Source: a virus. Taken from it: 64,000 bases of DNA. The stretch spans positions 64,001-128,000 of IMG/VR virus record IMGVR_UViG_3300032213_001813; one strand, 5' to 3'. Under the pieces are notes generated by a model. The model was not told where the DNA came from. It searched no databases and saw only the letters and a list, made by a program, of their open reading frames with translations. The position numbers were made by a program, and so were the translations under genes. Positions 38,435-47,955 of this stretch are shown piece after piece. Positions within the stretch are counted from its first letter, which is position 1. Each line of letters starts with the position of its first letter.

Positions 38435-40036
38435 ATGAAAGAATATAATGTTGCATTAAAAGCCGGAGTAGATTACGATGGATTTTGGGAAGATATGGAG
38501 ACCGAAAATGATGGACTCCTATACATTCCAAATCGTAAGGTAGAGTTTACAAATGAAAGACCTTCTTCTCTTCGTCAATGTTGGTATTTGCTGACAGATG
38601 AAGAAGCAGAATCACTAAGAGGAGATGAAAGAGTATTTTGTGTAGAGATACCACCCGAACATAGGGATGATATCGTAATGGGGTTTAGAGCAACTCAAAT
38701 CGCAGACTTTACCAAAACCACATCAGATAGTGGGGCATTTACCAATTGGGGTTTAATTCGTTCATCAAATACAACAAACGTTTATGGTACTGGTACAACT
38801 ACCGCATTAAACTACGATTACACATTGGATGGAACTGGTGTGGATGTGGTTATTCAGGATAGTGGATTACAAGTTGACCATCCCGAATTTACGGATGTCA
38901 ATAATAATACTAGAGTCCAACAACTAAATTGGGGTACATATAGTGGTGGGGCATTTACACAAAACGCAAATCATTATAGAGATTACGATGGACATGGAAC
39001 TCACGTAGCAGGTACTGCTTGTGGTAAAACATATGGTTGGGCAAAGGGAGCACAAATATATTCTCAAAAGTTAAGTGGATTAGAGGGAAGTGGTGATAGT
39101 GGTACTGGTATTAGTATTACTTACGCATTTGATGCTATTAAGACTTGGCATAGTTCTAAGGCGGGAGCTAGACCTACGGTGGTTAATATGAGTTGGGGAT
39201 ATGGTACATTTTACAATACCGTAACCTCATTAACTTATAGAGGTACAACATATTCGGATGCTAACACAACTGGAAACTCAAGTTATCGTTTAACTAATTA
39301 CGGATTATACCCATCTTCTGGTGCATATGGGGGATACACTTATGTTACCAATGTTAGAATAGGTTCGGTAGATACTGATATTGAAGAAATGATTGCGGCT
39401 GGAATTGTAGTTTGTATAGCAGCTGGTAATCGTTCTCATAAAATCGATGTTAGTGGTGGTTCAGATTATAATAACTATGTAAGTACCGACCAGGGTACTA
39501 AATACTACAATAGAGGTTCATCTCCTTATAGTGATAATGCATTTATGGTAGGTTCTATGGATAGTACTACATTTAGTGCAGAATTTGACCAAAAGGCAAC
39601 TTATTCCGAAACTGGACCAGGTGTTAATATTTGGGCACCTGGTACTGATATTATGAGTGCTACATCAAATACAAACGCATTTAGTGGACAGAATTATCAT
39701 TTGAACGCATCCTTTAAGCAAGTTAATATTAGTGGTACATCAATGGCATCACCGCAAGTAGCTGGAGTGGCTGCATTATATTTACAAAAATACCCAACAG
39801 CAACACCCTCATATACTAAATTGCAGTTACAATTGGCTACGGGTAATAAAATATACACTACGGGGGTGAGTATTGATTATTCGGATAGTAGAAGTTTATT
39901 AGGTTCATATCAATATGTATTATATAGTGCATTCCAAGCAGAATCATCAACTTCTCCATTGTATACTGTACAACCCGATTTGGTATTTGGAGGTACTAAC
40001 ATATCATTTGGTGGTGCTGGACTTAGTTTTGTATAG
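38435..40036 (+). CDS. S8 subtilisin-like serine protease
   Basis: Triad DSG / HGTHVAGT / GTSMASP; N-terminal prodomain. Confidence 0.95.
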   Translation: MKEYNVALKAGVDYDGFWEDMETENDGLLYIPNRKVEFTNERPSSLRQCWYLLTDEEAESLRGDERVFCVEIPPEHRDDIVMGFRATQIADFTKTTSDSGAFTNWGLIRSSNTTNVYGTGTTTALNYDYTLDGTGVDVVIQDSGLQVDHPEFTDVNNNTRVQQLNWGTYSGGAFTQNANHYRDYDGHGTHVAGTACGKTYGWAKGAQIYSQKLSGLEGSGDSGTGISITYAFDAIKTWHSSKAGARPTVVNMSWGYGTFYNTVTSLTYRGTTYSDANTTGNSSYRLTNYGLYPSSGAYGGYTYVTNVRIGSVDTDIEEMIAAGIVVCIAAGNRSHKIDVSGGSDYNNYVSTDQGTKYYNRGSSPYSDNAFMVGSMDSTTFSAEFDQKATYSETGPGVNIWAPGTDIMSATSNTNAFSGQNYHLNASFKQVNISGTSMASPQVAGVAALYLQKYPTATPSYTKLQLQLATGNKIYTTGVSIDYSDSRSLLGSYQYVLYSAFQAESSTSPLYTVQPDLVFGGTNISFGGAGLSFV

Positions 40037-40085
40037 AATAATTTAAAAAGAGAATACTTATAATTGTTATAAATAAAGACAAGTT

Positions 40086-40550
40086 ATGATATATTGGTTT
40101 ACGGGACAGTCTGGTGCAGGTAAAACTGTATTAGCTACTAAATTAAAAGAATTTCTTCAAACGGAAAAACGAAATTGGAGAAAGGATGTATTTCAAATCG
40201 ATGGTGATATTGTAAGAGAACTCACCAATAATCAAGACCAATCCGAAGTAGGGAATATCGAAAACATAAAGGATACACAACTAATAGCCGAATACATACA
40301 TAATTCAGGTTCAGATGTAGTTGTATCAATGGTAACTCCATACAAAGAATTAAGAGAAGGGTTTAAGGCACAAATCGGTGAAAGGATAGTAGAGATATAT
40401 GTGTACACTACAAAAAAGAAATTAGTACAATCCCCATCAGATTACGAAACGCCGGAGGAAAACTTCTTTGAAATCAATACAACATCAGATAACCCAACCC
40501 AATCATTTTCCAAGCTAATAAATTATCTAAAAGATATAGATAAATTGTAA
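40086..40550 (+). CDS. cysC: adenylyl-sulfate kinase-like protein (shortened)
   Basis: WFTGQSGAGKT, IDGDIVR, TPY; lid segment missing. Confidence 0.75.
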   Translation: MIYWFTGQSGAGKTVLATKLKEFLQTEKRNWRKDVFQIDGDIVRELTNNQDQSEVGNIENIKDTQLIAEYIHNSGSDVVVSMVTPYKELREGFKAQIGERIVEIYVYTTKKKLVQSPSDYETPEENFFEINTTSDNPTQSFSKLINYLKDIDKL

Positions 40551-40607
40551 GAAAAAATAAAAATGATATACTTATATAAAAGAATAAATTAGTATATCAA
40601 TTTAGTT

Positions 40608-41168
40608 ATGGAAGAAGAATTGGAGGATGATGGGTTTTCGAACTACAATCCAAAGAAAAAAAATCATTATTTTATACCAACCAATCGTAAGAGGGGTGTT
40701 GGTGCAAAACCACTATTAGAATCCGAAATCAAAGAGGTTCAAAAGAAAGCACGTTCCGCAATGGAAGCTGCTCGTTTCTTAGGTGTATCTTATAACACCT
40801 ATAAAAAATACGCAAGAATGTATGGGATATTTGATGTACTGAAGAATCCATCTGGGTATGGTATTCGTAAGGGAGTTGGTATGCCTGGTCATAACAATTT
40901 AGATGATATCCTAAGTGGTAAACATCCAAACTATCCTGTATGGAAATTAAAACGTAGAATTCTATCACATGGTTATATGTTGGAAAAGTGTAACAATTGT
41001 GGATTTGAAGAAAGAAGAGTAACAGACCACAAAGTTCCGCTTGTGTTGGATTTTTTAGATGGAAATAGGAAGAACTTCGAATATGACAATTTGCGTATGT
41101 TATGCTTCAACTGTTCGTTCTTAATCAACGGAAATCTTACAGGTCCTCGTAAAGATTATGACTATTAA
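40608..41168 (+). CDS. HTH plus degenerate HNH-fold protein
   Basis: AARFLGVSYNTYKK HTH; CNNC...LDFLDGN...NLRMLCFNCS with both HNH histidines replaced. Confidence 0.7.
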   Translation: MEEELEDDGFSNYNPKKKNHYFIPTNRKRGVGAKPLLESEIKEVQKKARSAMEAARFLGVSYNTYKKYARMYGIFDVLKNPSGYGIRKGVGMPGHNNLDDILSGKHPNYPVWKLKRRILSHGYMLEKCNNCGFEERRVTDHKVPLVLDFLDGNRKNFEYDNLRMLCFNCSFLINGNLTGPRKDYDY

Positions 41169-41200
41169 TTTGGAAATCTAAAATATTATTAGTATCTTTG
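41169..41200 (+). promoter_or_regulatory. Bacteroidota-type promoter
   Basis: TTTG-N20-TATCTTTG. Confidence 0.8.
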
Positions 41201-41220
41201 TAAATTATAAACCAAAAAGT

Positions 41221-41976
41221 ATGTTTTTAAAAAATCTATTTAAAAAGAAAAAGCTAAAGTTTACTGCCTATACTTATTTTGAATATTCGGAAAGAATGTA
41301 TCCAATTAAGATGGCAAAAAAACAAATGCCTGAATTGTTTTCAGCAACACCATTATATAATACAAACGTAACATCAACTTGTCCATATACAAAATTAACA
41401 AAAATACTTAGATTAGATAATAAAACAATAAGGCATTGTGATGGTATTTTGGACTTATGGGCAAATTCTATGGTAGTGGTTGCACCATTTGATTTGGCAA
41501 TTAATATTAAAGATAATAAAGTAGAATTTACAACAACATATCCATCGGCATTGCAGGTTGTACAGCATGACCCCGCTCAATACAATAAAATGTTTCCAAA
41601 CTATGTTAATTTGAAATTCTTATCATCTTGGAGAATGTTTTCAAATAAAAATGTAAATTGTATGTTCACCCCAGCATTCTATCATATGGATGAAAGTATT
41701 CGTGAAGATGTGATAATTGCACCAGGTACCATAAATTATAAACTTGGACCGGATATCAATATTAATATGTTTGTTAAGAAACAATTTCTACAAAAGGTAA
41801 TTCACATTAAAGCAGGAACTCCATTGGTTTATATAACACCAATGACAACCGAACCATTTGAATTGGAAACCAAATTAATACCTAAAGAAAATTGGGAAAG
41901 TAGACATAGTGGTTTCTTTTCATTTAAATCAAATTACAAACAACATAAAATAGAAGAACATAACGAAAATAAATAA
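41221..41976 (+). CDS. hypothetical protein, dUTPase-like/DUF6065-like fold, paralog A
   Basis: HCDGILDLW, PAFYH, IKAGTP. Confidence 0.55.
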   Translation: MFLKNLFKKKKLKFTAYTYFEYSERMYPIKMAKKQMPELFSATPLYNTNVTSTCPYTKLTKILRLDNKTIRHCDGILDLWANSMVVVAPFDLAINIKDNKVEFTTTYPSALQVVQHDPAQYNKMFPNYVNLKFLSSWRMFSNKNVNCMFTPAFYHMDESIREDVIIAPGTINYKLGPDININMFVKKQFLQKVIHIKAGTPLVYITPMTTEPFELETKLIPKENWESRHSGFFSFKSNYKQHKIEEHNENK

Positions 41977-41979
41977 AAT

Positions 41980-42747
41980 ATGTTTTTAAAAAATCTATTT
42001 AAAAAGAAAAAGTTAGAATTTACCGCATATACTTTCTTTGAATATGTACATAGATTGTATCCAATTGAAATGGCTAAACGTAAGATACCAAATTCATTTT
42101 CATCATTACCAAATTTTCATAGTGGTGCTGATAAAGTAACATGTCCATATACAAAATTAACAAAGGTTTGGAGAAATTTTAAAACAATTAAACATTGTGA
42201 TGGTATTTTAGATTTATGGTCAACTGCTATGATATTACCCGCACCATTTGATTTGGCAATTAATATTAAAGACAACAAAGTTACGTTTGAAACCGCACAA
42301 CCAAATGCATTATCGGTTGTTGTACACCAAGAGGCAATATATGGTGATATGTTTCCAAATTATGTGAATATGAAATTCATATCACCATATAGAATGTTTT
42401 CAAATAAGCACGTAAATTGTCTTTTAGTACCTGCATTTTATCATTTGGAAGATAATTTGAGGGAAGATTTAATAATACCAATGGGGGTTGTTAATTTTGC
42501 AATAGGACAGGAACTTAATATTAACTTTTTTGTTAAGAAGCAATTTCTACAAAAAGTAATTCATATTAAAGCAGGAACTCCAATGTATTATATTATACCA
42601 ATGACTGATGATGAATTTGATGTAAAATCAGAACTAATATCAAAAGAGGAATGGGATACTAAAAGTAGTTTTGCTTTTTCTTTCAAATCGCTTTACAAAA
42701 AATATAAGCAAGGAGAAAAAAGAAAAGCTAAAAATTTGGATAATTAA
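41980..42747 (+). CDS. hypothetical protein, paralog B
   Basis: Same motifs; identical first 11 aa. Confidence 0.55.
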   Translation: MFLKNLFKKKKLEFTAYTFFEYVHRLYPIEMAKRKIPNSFSSLPNFHSGADKVTCPYTKLTKVWRNFKTIKHCDGILDLWSTAMILPAPFDLAINIKDNKVTFETAQPNALSVVVHQEAIYGDMFPNYVNMKFISPYRMFSNKHVNCLLVPAFYHLEDNLREDLIIPMGVVNFAIGQELNINFFVKKQFLQKVIHIKAGTPMYYIIPMTDDEFDVKSELISKEEWDTKSSFAFSFKSLYKKYKQGEKRKAKNLDN

Positions 42748-42766
42748 AATATTATTCGTATATTTG
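42735..42766 (+). promoter_or_regulatory. Bacteroidota-type promoter
   Basis: TTTG-N20-TATATTTG. Confidence 0.8.
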
Positions 42767-42793
42767 TAACATTATAAACTAAAATAAATCAAT

Positions 42794-43006
42794 ATGAGCA
42801 AATTTTTTGAAGTAACAGTAGAAGTTGTAGTTGCCATGCAAAAGAATGGTAAGGAAAAGAAAAACAAAGAAATCTATTTAGTAGATGCACAATCCGTTAC
42901 TGAAGCAGAATCAAGAGTTGTACAAGACTTTACTGAAGCTGGTGTGCAAATTGAGTACAAAGTAAGTGGTGCAAAAGAAAGTAGAATCATTAGAGTTATT
43001 GAATAA
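42794..43006 (+). CDS. DUF4494-like protein
   Basis: FEV.V...GKEKK..E.YLVDA.SVTEAE. Confidence 0.7.
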   Translation: MSKFFEVTVEVVVAMQKNGKEKKNKEIYLVDAQSVTEAESRVVQDFTEAGVQIEYKVSGAKESRIIRVIE

Positions 43007-43263
43007 TGACGGTTGAAACTAAAATAGAAGAAACCAAAGAAGTAGTATTAAAGCGTGTACCGCCGGGGGATAGATGGTCTCCCGTTGGTTCACCATCTAC
43101 AACTTTGGAATCCCTAACGGATGCATTAGAATACCATTTTCAAAACAATGGAGAAACACAATTCTTTTTGGATGCTAGAAAAGGGACAGTTGAGATTATT
43201 AAAACGCAAGAAGTTAAGGTTGAGAAACCTGTAACTAAGTACTCCCTATATGGTGAGGAATAG
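43006..43263 (+). CDS. hypothetical protein
   Basis: ORF track; TAATG coupling. Confidence 0.7.
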   Translation: MTVETKIEETKEVVLKRVPPGDRWSPVGSPSTTLESLTDALEYHFQNNGETQFFLDARKGTVEIIKTQEVKVEKPVTKYSLYGEE

Positions 43264-43313
43264 TGTAAAAACAAAAACAATTATATTTATATTTAATAAA
43301 ACAAAAAACAATT

Positions 43314-43610
43314 ATGACAGGATTAATTATTGTAGTTGGGGTTATATTGGTAGCAGCATTGGTTACATATTTCCTAACTAAATCAGGCAAAATCAAAGAT
43401 GCGGATGGAAACGGAATTCCAGATGTAATCGAAGAAAAGGTAGAGGAAGTAGTAACGCAAACAAAAGCAAGAGCTAAGAGAGTTAAAGAAGAAGTTGCAG
43501 ATGTAGTAACTGCTACTAAAGAAGTTGTGAAGCAAGTAAAGGATGTTACTGATGCAGCTAAAGGAAAAGCTCCTATACGCAAAGGTAGAAAGCCATCTAC
43601 TAAAAAATAA
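43314..43610 (+). CDS. membrane-anchored protein with DxDxNG Ca-binding-like loop and basic tail
   Basis: N-terminal TM, DADGNGIPD, KGRKPSTKK. Confidence 0.65.
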   Translation: MTGLIIVVGVILVAALVTYFLTKSGKIKDADGNGIPDVIEEKVEEVVTQTKARAKRVKEEVADVVTATKEVVKQVKDVTDAAKGKAPIRKGRKPSTKK

Positions 43611-43803
43611 TAGAATGTTCGATAAACTTATTTTATTCGTCAAAATGTTACTAAATAGTAATCCTACAATTAAGGAAGCTAAAAAAACCATAGTAGTAAA
43701 GAAAAAGAAAAAGAAATAATATGTAAGCCTTTTAAGGCAAATATTATTTAATAAGTTATTTCAATAGGTTACGTTGTAAGTTTTATATAAAATGTAACAA
43801 CAA

Positions 43804-43938
43804 ATGGCAAAGGCTAAAAGTTCAGTTGGTAACAGCAACAAAAAAGTAACTTTCGGAAAGAGAGGAAAAGGTAAAGCAAAGAAATCATTTTCTAAGTACG
43901 AAGAGAAACCAAAGAAATACAGAGGACAAGGAAGATAA
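43804..43938 (+). CDS. small Lys-rich basic protein (44 aa)
   Basis: MAKAKSSVGNSNKKVTFGKRGKGKAKKSFSKYEEKPKKYRGQGR; not in ORF track. Confidence 0.65.
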   Translation: MAKAKSSVGNSNKKVTFGKRGKGKAKKSFSKYEEKPKKYRGQGR

Positions 43939-43949
43939 TACTTTTGAGT

Positions 43950-44108
43950 ATGAAGAATGAAAAGGCATATCTGAAAAAGATGATGTTTGATGAGATGGAG
44001 GAAGAAGAAAACCAACAACGTAAAACATCTAAAAGTAAAATGGGTAATAAACCCAAACCTATCTCAAAGAAACCACAACGAAAGGATAAGTGGGATAGTT
44101 TATCGTAA
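43950..44108 (+). CDS. small charged protein (52 aa)
   Basis: MKNEKAYLKKMMFDEMEEEE...; not in ORF track. Confidence 0.5.
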   Translation: MKNEKAYLKKMMFDEMEEEENQQRKTSKSKMGNKPKPISKKPQRKDKWDSLS

Positions 44109-44119
44109 AATAAGTAGTT

Positions 44120-44530
44120 ATGAAAAAATGGTTATGGAGGGCATTGGGCCTGTTATTTGTAGGTTGTGCTTACATCGGAGCAATAATTCCCGGTGTACCA
44201 ATGACTACATTCGTTATATTGGCTGCTTGGGCATTCGCTAAGAGTTCACCCGCATTGAATGAGTGGTTACACACACATCCAACATTCTCCCCACATTTAA
44301 TCCGCTGGGAAGAGAAGAGTATTTATCCAACAAAAGTAAAGTATATAATGTTGATTAGTTGTATTGTAAGTTATACAATCATACTATTCACTATAACCAA
44401 ACCAGCCGCATTAATTGGTATTTGGGTATTTATGTGCTTTTGGTTGGTATGGGCTTGGAGATTTCCCGGTTCGGAAGCAGAGTGGGAACGTAGAAAGAAA
44501 GCAGGACAAAAAATCGGTTGGTTGAAGTAA
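44120..44530 (+). CDS. ybaN: YbaN (DUF454) family membrane protein
   Basis: GAIIPGVPMTTFVILAAWAFAKSSP...WL..HP.F. Confidence 0.9.
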   Translation: MKKWLWRALGLLFVGCAYIGAIIPGVPMTTFVILAAWAFAKSSPALNEWLHTHPTFSPHLIRWEEKSIYPTKVKYIMLISCIVSYTIILFTITKPAALIGIWVFMCFWLVWAWRFPGSEAEWERRKKAGQKIGWLK

Positions 44531-44931
44531 TGAAAATACATCCACCACATAAAGTATATGTTAGTAAAAGTCCTATACATGGGTATGGGGTTTTTGCTAA
44601 CGAACGCATTTATGAGGGTGAGGTAATTGAAGAAACTCCACTATTGGATTTAGAAATATCACAGGGAGAATCCACTTCCCTAATGATTGATTATCGATTC
44701 AATTGGCCACAAGGTAGTGGTGGTAATTGGGAAAAGCAAGTTCTACCTTGGGGATATGGTTGTATATATAATCATTCCAATGAAGCAAACGCATTTTGGA
44801 GGTCTAATTTGGAAAAACAAACATTTGAATTTGTTGCCAATAGAGTGATAGATAAGGATGAAGAGATATGTACATACTATGGTGGTGTTTCATATTGGGA
44901 GGATGGTAGAACAAATACTGAAGTAAAATAA
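44530..44931 (+). CDS. SET-domain lysine methyltransferase
   Basis: SPIHGYGVFA, YNHS..AN, EEICTYYG. Confidence 0.92.
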   Translation: MKIHPPHKVYVSKSPIHGYGVFANERIYEGEVIEETPLLDLEISQGESTSLMIDYRFNWPQGSGGNWEKQVLPWGYGCIYNHSNEANAFWRSNLEKQTFEFVANRVIDKDEEICTYYGGVSYWEDGRTNTEVK

Positions 44932-44959
44932 AAAAAACCTATATTTAATTGAAAATATA

Positions 44960-45136
44960 ATGGCTAATAAAATGACTACAACAGAAAGAATCTCCGATAT
45001 TATTGCAATGTTGGAAGATGGAATTTCATTCGAAGACTGGGGGGCAATTGAGGGGGCTGTGAAGGAGTTAAATTTCTTATATGAGGAAATGGACTCATCT
45101 TTCCCTTTGGATAACTACGAAAACGAATTCGAATAA
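44960..45136 (+). CDS. small acidic protein (58 aa)
   Basis: ATG 44960 to TAA 45136; not in ORF track. Confidence 0.55.
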   Translation: MANKMTTTERISDIIAMLEDGISFEDWGAIEGAVKELNFLYEEMDSSFPLDNYENEFE

Positions 45137-45155
45137 AAATAAATATCACAAAAGA

Positions 45156-45187
45156 CTTGACTTTTTGATTGGAATTACATATCTTTA
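45156..45187 (+). promoter_or_regulatory. variant promoter CTTG-N20-TATCTTTA
   Basis: Followed by CTATGT. Confidence 0.65.
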
Positions 45188-45323
45188 CTATGTAATAAAA
45201 ATCAATATTGTCCTATGAATGACCAATCGGTAACTGACCAGCAAATTGAGGAGGCTGAAATCCTTAACACTTATTTACTACAATGCAATATTTTGGGATA
45301 TTAAAAAAATATTTCACAAAAAG

Positions 45324-45355
45324 CTTGTTTATATCAATTTTTTTTCGTAGTTTTA
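45324..45355 (+). promoter_or_regulatory. variant promoter CTTG-N20-TAGTTTTA
   Basis: Followed by CTATGT; upstream of the vWA gene. Confidence 0.65.
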
Positions 45356-45380
45356 CTATGTACTTAAAGATAACCCCATT

Positions 45381-47537
45381 ATGACTAAATACACTTCTTA
45401 CGGAAACTCTTCTTGGTGGTTGAAACCATTCACCACTACCTCTGAATTTGAAGATGAATTCTTATCCGAAAAAGAGATTGTTTCTAAAAACCTTTATAAG
45501 TTGGCAGCCAATCGTAGAGCGATTTCCAACTTCGTTTCCATTGTAACTGGTAAAAACATCCCCGTTCGTTTCTCCACTAAAGGTGATTCTTATACGGATG
45601 GTGAGACAGTTACCATTTCTTCTAAAATTACTGACCCTGCCGAATTTGATGTGGCAGTTGGTTTAGCATTGCATGAAGGTTCTCACATTAAGTTATCCAA
45701 CTTCAAAGCCTTACAAAATCTGGCAAATGAAATCAATAAGATTACCAATTATGGTGATTTAGATGATTTGGCTAAAACAAAAGATGTGACTACATTACGA
45801 ACTATCAAAGATATCCTTAACTGGGTAGAAGATAGACGTATTGACCAATTCATTTATAGTTCAGCTCCCGGTTATAGAGAGTATTATCGTTCAATGTATG
45901 ATAAGTACTTTAATGACCCTTTAATTGATAAAGGACTTCAATCAGAAACTCTTACTGAAGAGACAATTGATTCTTATATGTTCCGTTTGATTAACTTACA
46001 ATCCAAATACACAAAGTTGAACGGATTGAAAGCTCTTCCGGCAATCTCTAAGGTGGCTAACCTTAATAACATCTCTCGTTTGAAATCTACGGAAGATGCG
46101 TTGGTAGTTGCAGTTGATATCTTCAAATTGATTCTTAACGCTTTACCTGATGTAACTCCATCAAACTCACAAAGTGGTGATGATGGTGAAGGTGAGAGTG
46201 GTGAGGGGCAAGAAGGAGAAGGACAGGGTGGTTCTGAAGGTGACGGTTCTGAAGGTGATGGTAATGAGAACGGACAAACCCAAATGAGTGGTGATATGGA
46301 TGGTGATGGTGATGGTGATGGAATGGGTTCTGATATGGAAGCTGAAGGTAGTTCAAATGGAGGTTCTTATTCAGAATCAAAATCGAAAGAATCTAACTCA
46401 ACTGCATCTGGTTCTACTTCAAAATCTAAAGGTGGTACTCCTACTGAATTATCAGATAAGCAGAAGAAAATGCTTGAAAAGAAAATTCAAAAGCAGAAGG
46501 ATTTTATGAATGGTGATATTAAGAAAGCAACTGTTACTAAAACGGAGCAATCTACATTAGATACCATTGAGCAATCAGGCGCTGAAACCAAAGTGGTTGG
46601 ACAAGATGTGAAAAACCATTGGGGTGTAGTTCAAAAAGGTATTGAGTGTATCTTAGTTAAGAAAATGACTAGAGCATTGATGGAAACGGATGAATTCCCA
46701 CTTACAAATAGAATGTGGGATGCTGATTTACGTTCTTATAAATTACATAACTCTTACCAAACTGAAGTTGAGGAAGGGATTCGTTTGGGTACTGTTTTAG
46801 GTAAGAGATTACAAACTCGTTCTGAAAGTAGAGAAACAATCTTCAATCGCCAAAAGGTTGGTAGAATGGATAAACGAATGGTTTCTTCATTAGGATTCGG
46901 AAACGAAAACGTTTTCTTCACTAAAGAGATTGATGCTTACAAAAAAGCTAACCTACACATTTCGGTTGATGCTTCTGGTTCAATGCATGGTGATAAGTGG
47001 AGAAAAACTTTGACTAACGTAGTAGCATTGTGTAAAGCAGTGGATATGATTTCTAACCTTAACATTCAGGTTACATTCCGTACCACTTCTAACGCTGAAC
47101 TTCCTTATGTGGTTGTTGCTTACGATTCACGTGTTGATAAGTTTATGAAAGTTAAAACCTTATTCCCATCATTAACTGCCGGAGGTACTACTCCTGAAGG
47201 TTTGTGTTTTGAGGCTCTGATGAAAGAAATGGTTGCAACTGGAACTGATTCTGATTCTTACTTCTTAAACATTTCAGATGGTGAACCATACTTTGGTGGT
47301 CGTGGGATGGATTATTCGGGTCAGGCAGCAGCATCCCACACTAAAAAGATGGTGGATAAGATTGCCGGAATGGGAATCAAAGTTCTTTCTTACTTTGTGG
47401 CTGACCACAATATGGGAGAAGCATCTCAATCAGGCAGAATCTTTAGAAGTTGTTACGGGAAAGCCGCCAAATACATTAACGTTACCAATGTGGTAGAAGT
47501 AACAAAGACTATGAACGGATTGTTTATGGAAAAATAA
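45381..47537 (+). CDS. vWA (MIDAS) protein with N-terminal HExxH domain (CobT-like)
   Basis: ALHEGSH, acidic Gly-rich linker, DASGSM, GGTTP, ISDGEP. Confidence 0.88.
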   Translation: MTKYTSYGNSSWWLKPFTTTSEFEDEFLSEKEIVSKNLYKLAANRRAISNFVSIVTGKNIPVRFSTKGDSYTDGETVTISSKITDPAEFDVAVGLALHEGSHIKLSNFKALQNLANEINKITNYGDLDDLAKTKDVTTLRTIKDILNWVEDRRIDQFIYSSAPGYREYYRSMYDKYFNDPLIDKGLQSETLTEETIDSYMFRLINLQSKYTKLNGLKALPAISKVANLNNISRLKSTEDALVVAVDIFKLILNALPDVTPSNSQSGDDGEGESGEGQEGEGQGGSEGDGSEGDGNENGQTQMSGDMDGDGDGDGMGSDMEAEGSSNGGSYSESKSKESNSTASGSTSKSKGGTPTELSDKQKKMLEKKIQKQKDFMNGDIKKATVTKTEQSTLDTIEQSGAETKVVGQDVKNHWGVVQKGIECILVKKMTRALMETDEFPLTNRMWDADLRSYKLHNSYQTEVEEGIRLGTVLGKRLQTRSESRETIFNRQKVGRMDKRMVSSLGFGNENVFFTKEIDAYKKANLHISVDASGSMHGDKWRKTLTNVVALCKAVDMISNLNIQVTFRTTSNAELPYVVVAYDSRVDKFMKVKTLFPSLTAGGTTPEGLCFEALMKEMVATGTDSDSYFLNISDGEPYFGGRGMDYSGQAAASHTKKMVDKIAGMGIKVLSYFVADHNMGEASQSGRIFRSCYGKAAKYINVTNVVEVTKTMNGLFMEK

Positions 47538-47559
47538 TTAAAAAATAAATGGGGATTTG

Positions 47560-47591
47560 TTTGGAATTCTCATTTATTTTACCTATCTTTA
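47560..47591 (+). promoter_or_regulatory. variant promoter TTTG-N20-TATCTTTA, overlapping a hairpin
   Basis: Followed by TTATGT; AAATAAATG...CATTTATTT inverted repeat at about 47543-47579. Confidence 0.6.
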
Positions 47592-47636
47592 TTATGTGGT
47601 GCTGGAGTTAGTACCACTTCACTAAAACCCCCTATT

Positions 47637-47882
47637 ATGAGTTACATTAAGTTTGATAGACACGCTAATATGACTTCGGAAACCCGAAGAGAAATTATGG
47701 ACATCCTGAAAGAGGTTGATTTCAATACTGGATTTGACCTTATGAATATGTTGTACGGATTATTCGATGGCTACCTTTATGATGATTTACTTCCAGTAAC
47801 TCAAAACGCTGATTCTACACTTTACAATAGAGTAAAGGAGGTAGTTTCAACCATCAAAAAATATCCAAAAATAAATGGATAA
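47637..47882 (+). CDS. hypothetical protein
   Basis: ORF track. Confidence 0.7.
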   Translation: MSYIKFDRHANMTSETRREIMDILKEVDFNTGFDLMNMLYGLFDGYLYDDLLPVTQNADSTLYNRVKEVVSTIKKYPKING

Positions 47883-47885
47883 AAG

Positions 47886-47917
47886 CTTGACATTCTCAAT
47901 AATTTTACTTATCTTTA
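47886..47917 (+). promoter_or_regulatory. variant promoter CTTG-N20-TATCTTTA
   Basis: Upstream of the AAA gene. Confidence 0.65.
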
Positions 47918-47955
47918 ATATATAATTAAGAAACACACATTTAACCCCAATTGTT

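Noticed and set aside
37723-40036. Complete DGR cassette
   Set aside because: No reverse transcriptase, Avd or template repeat found in the window; only a candidate target is reported
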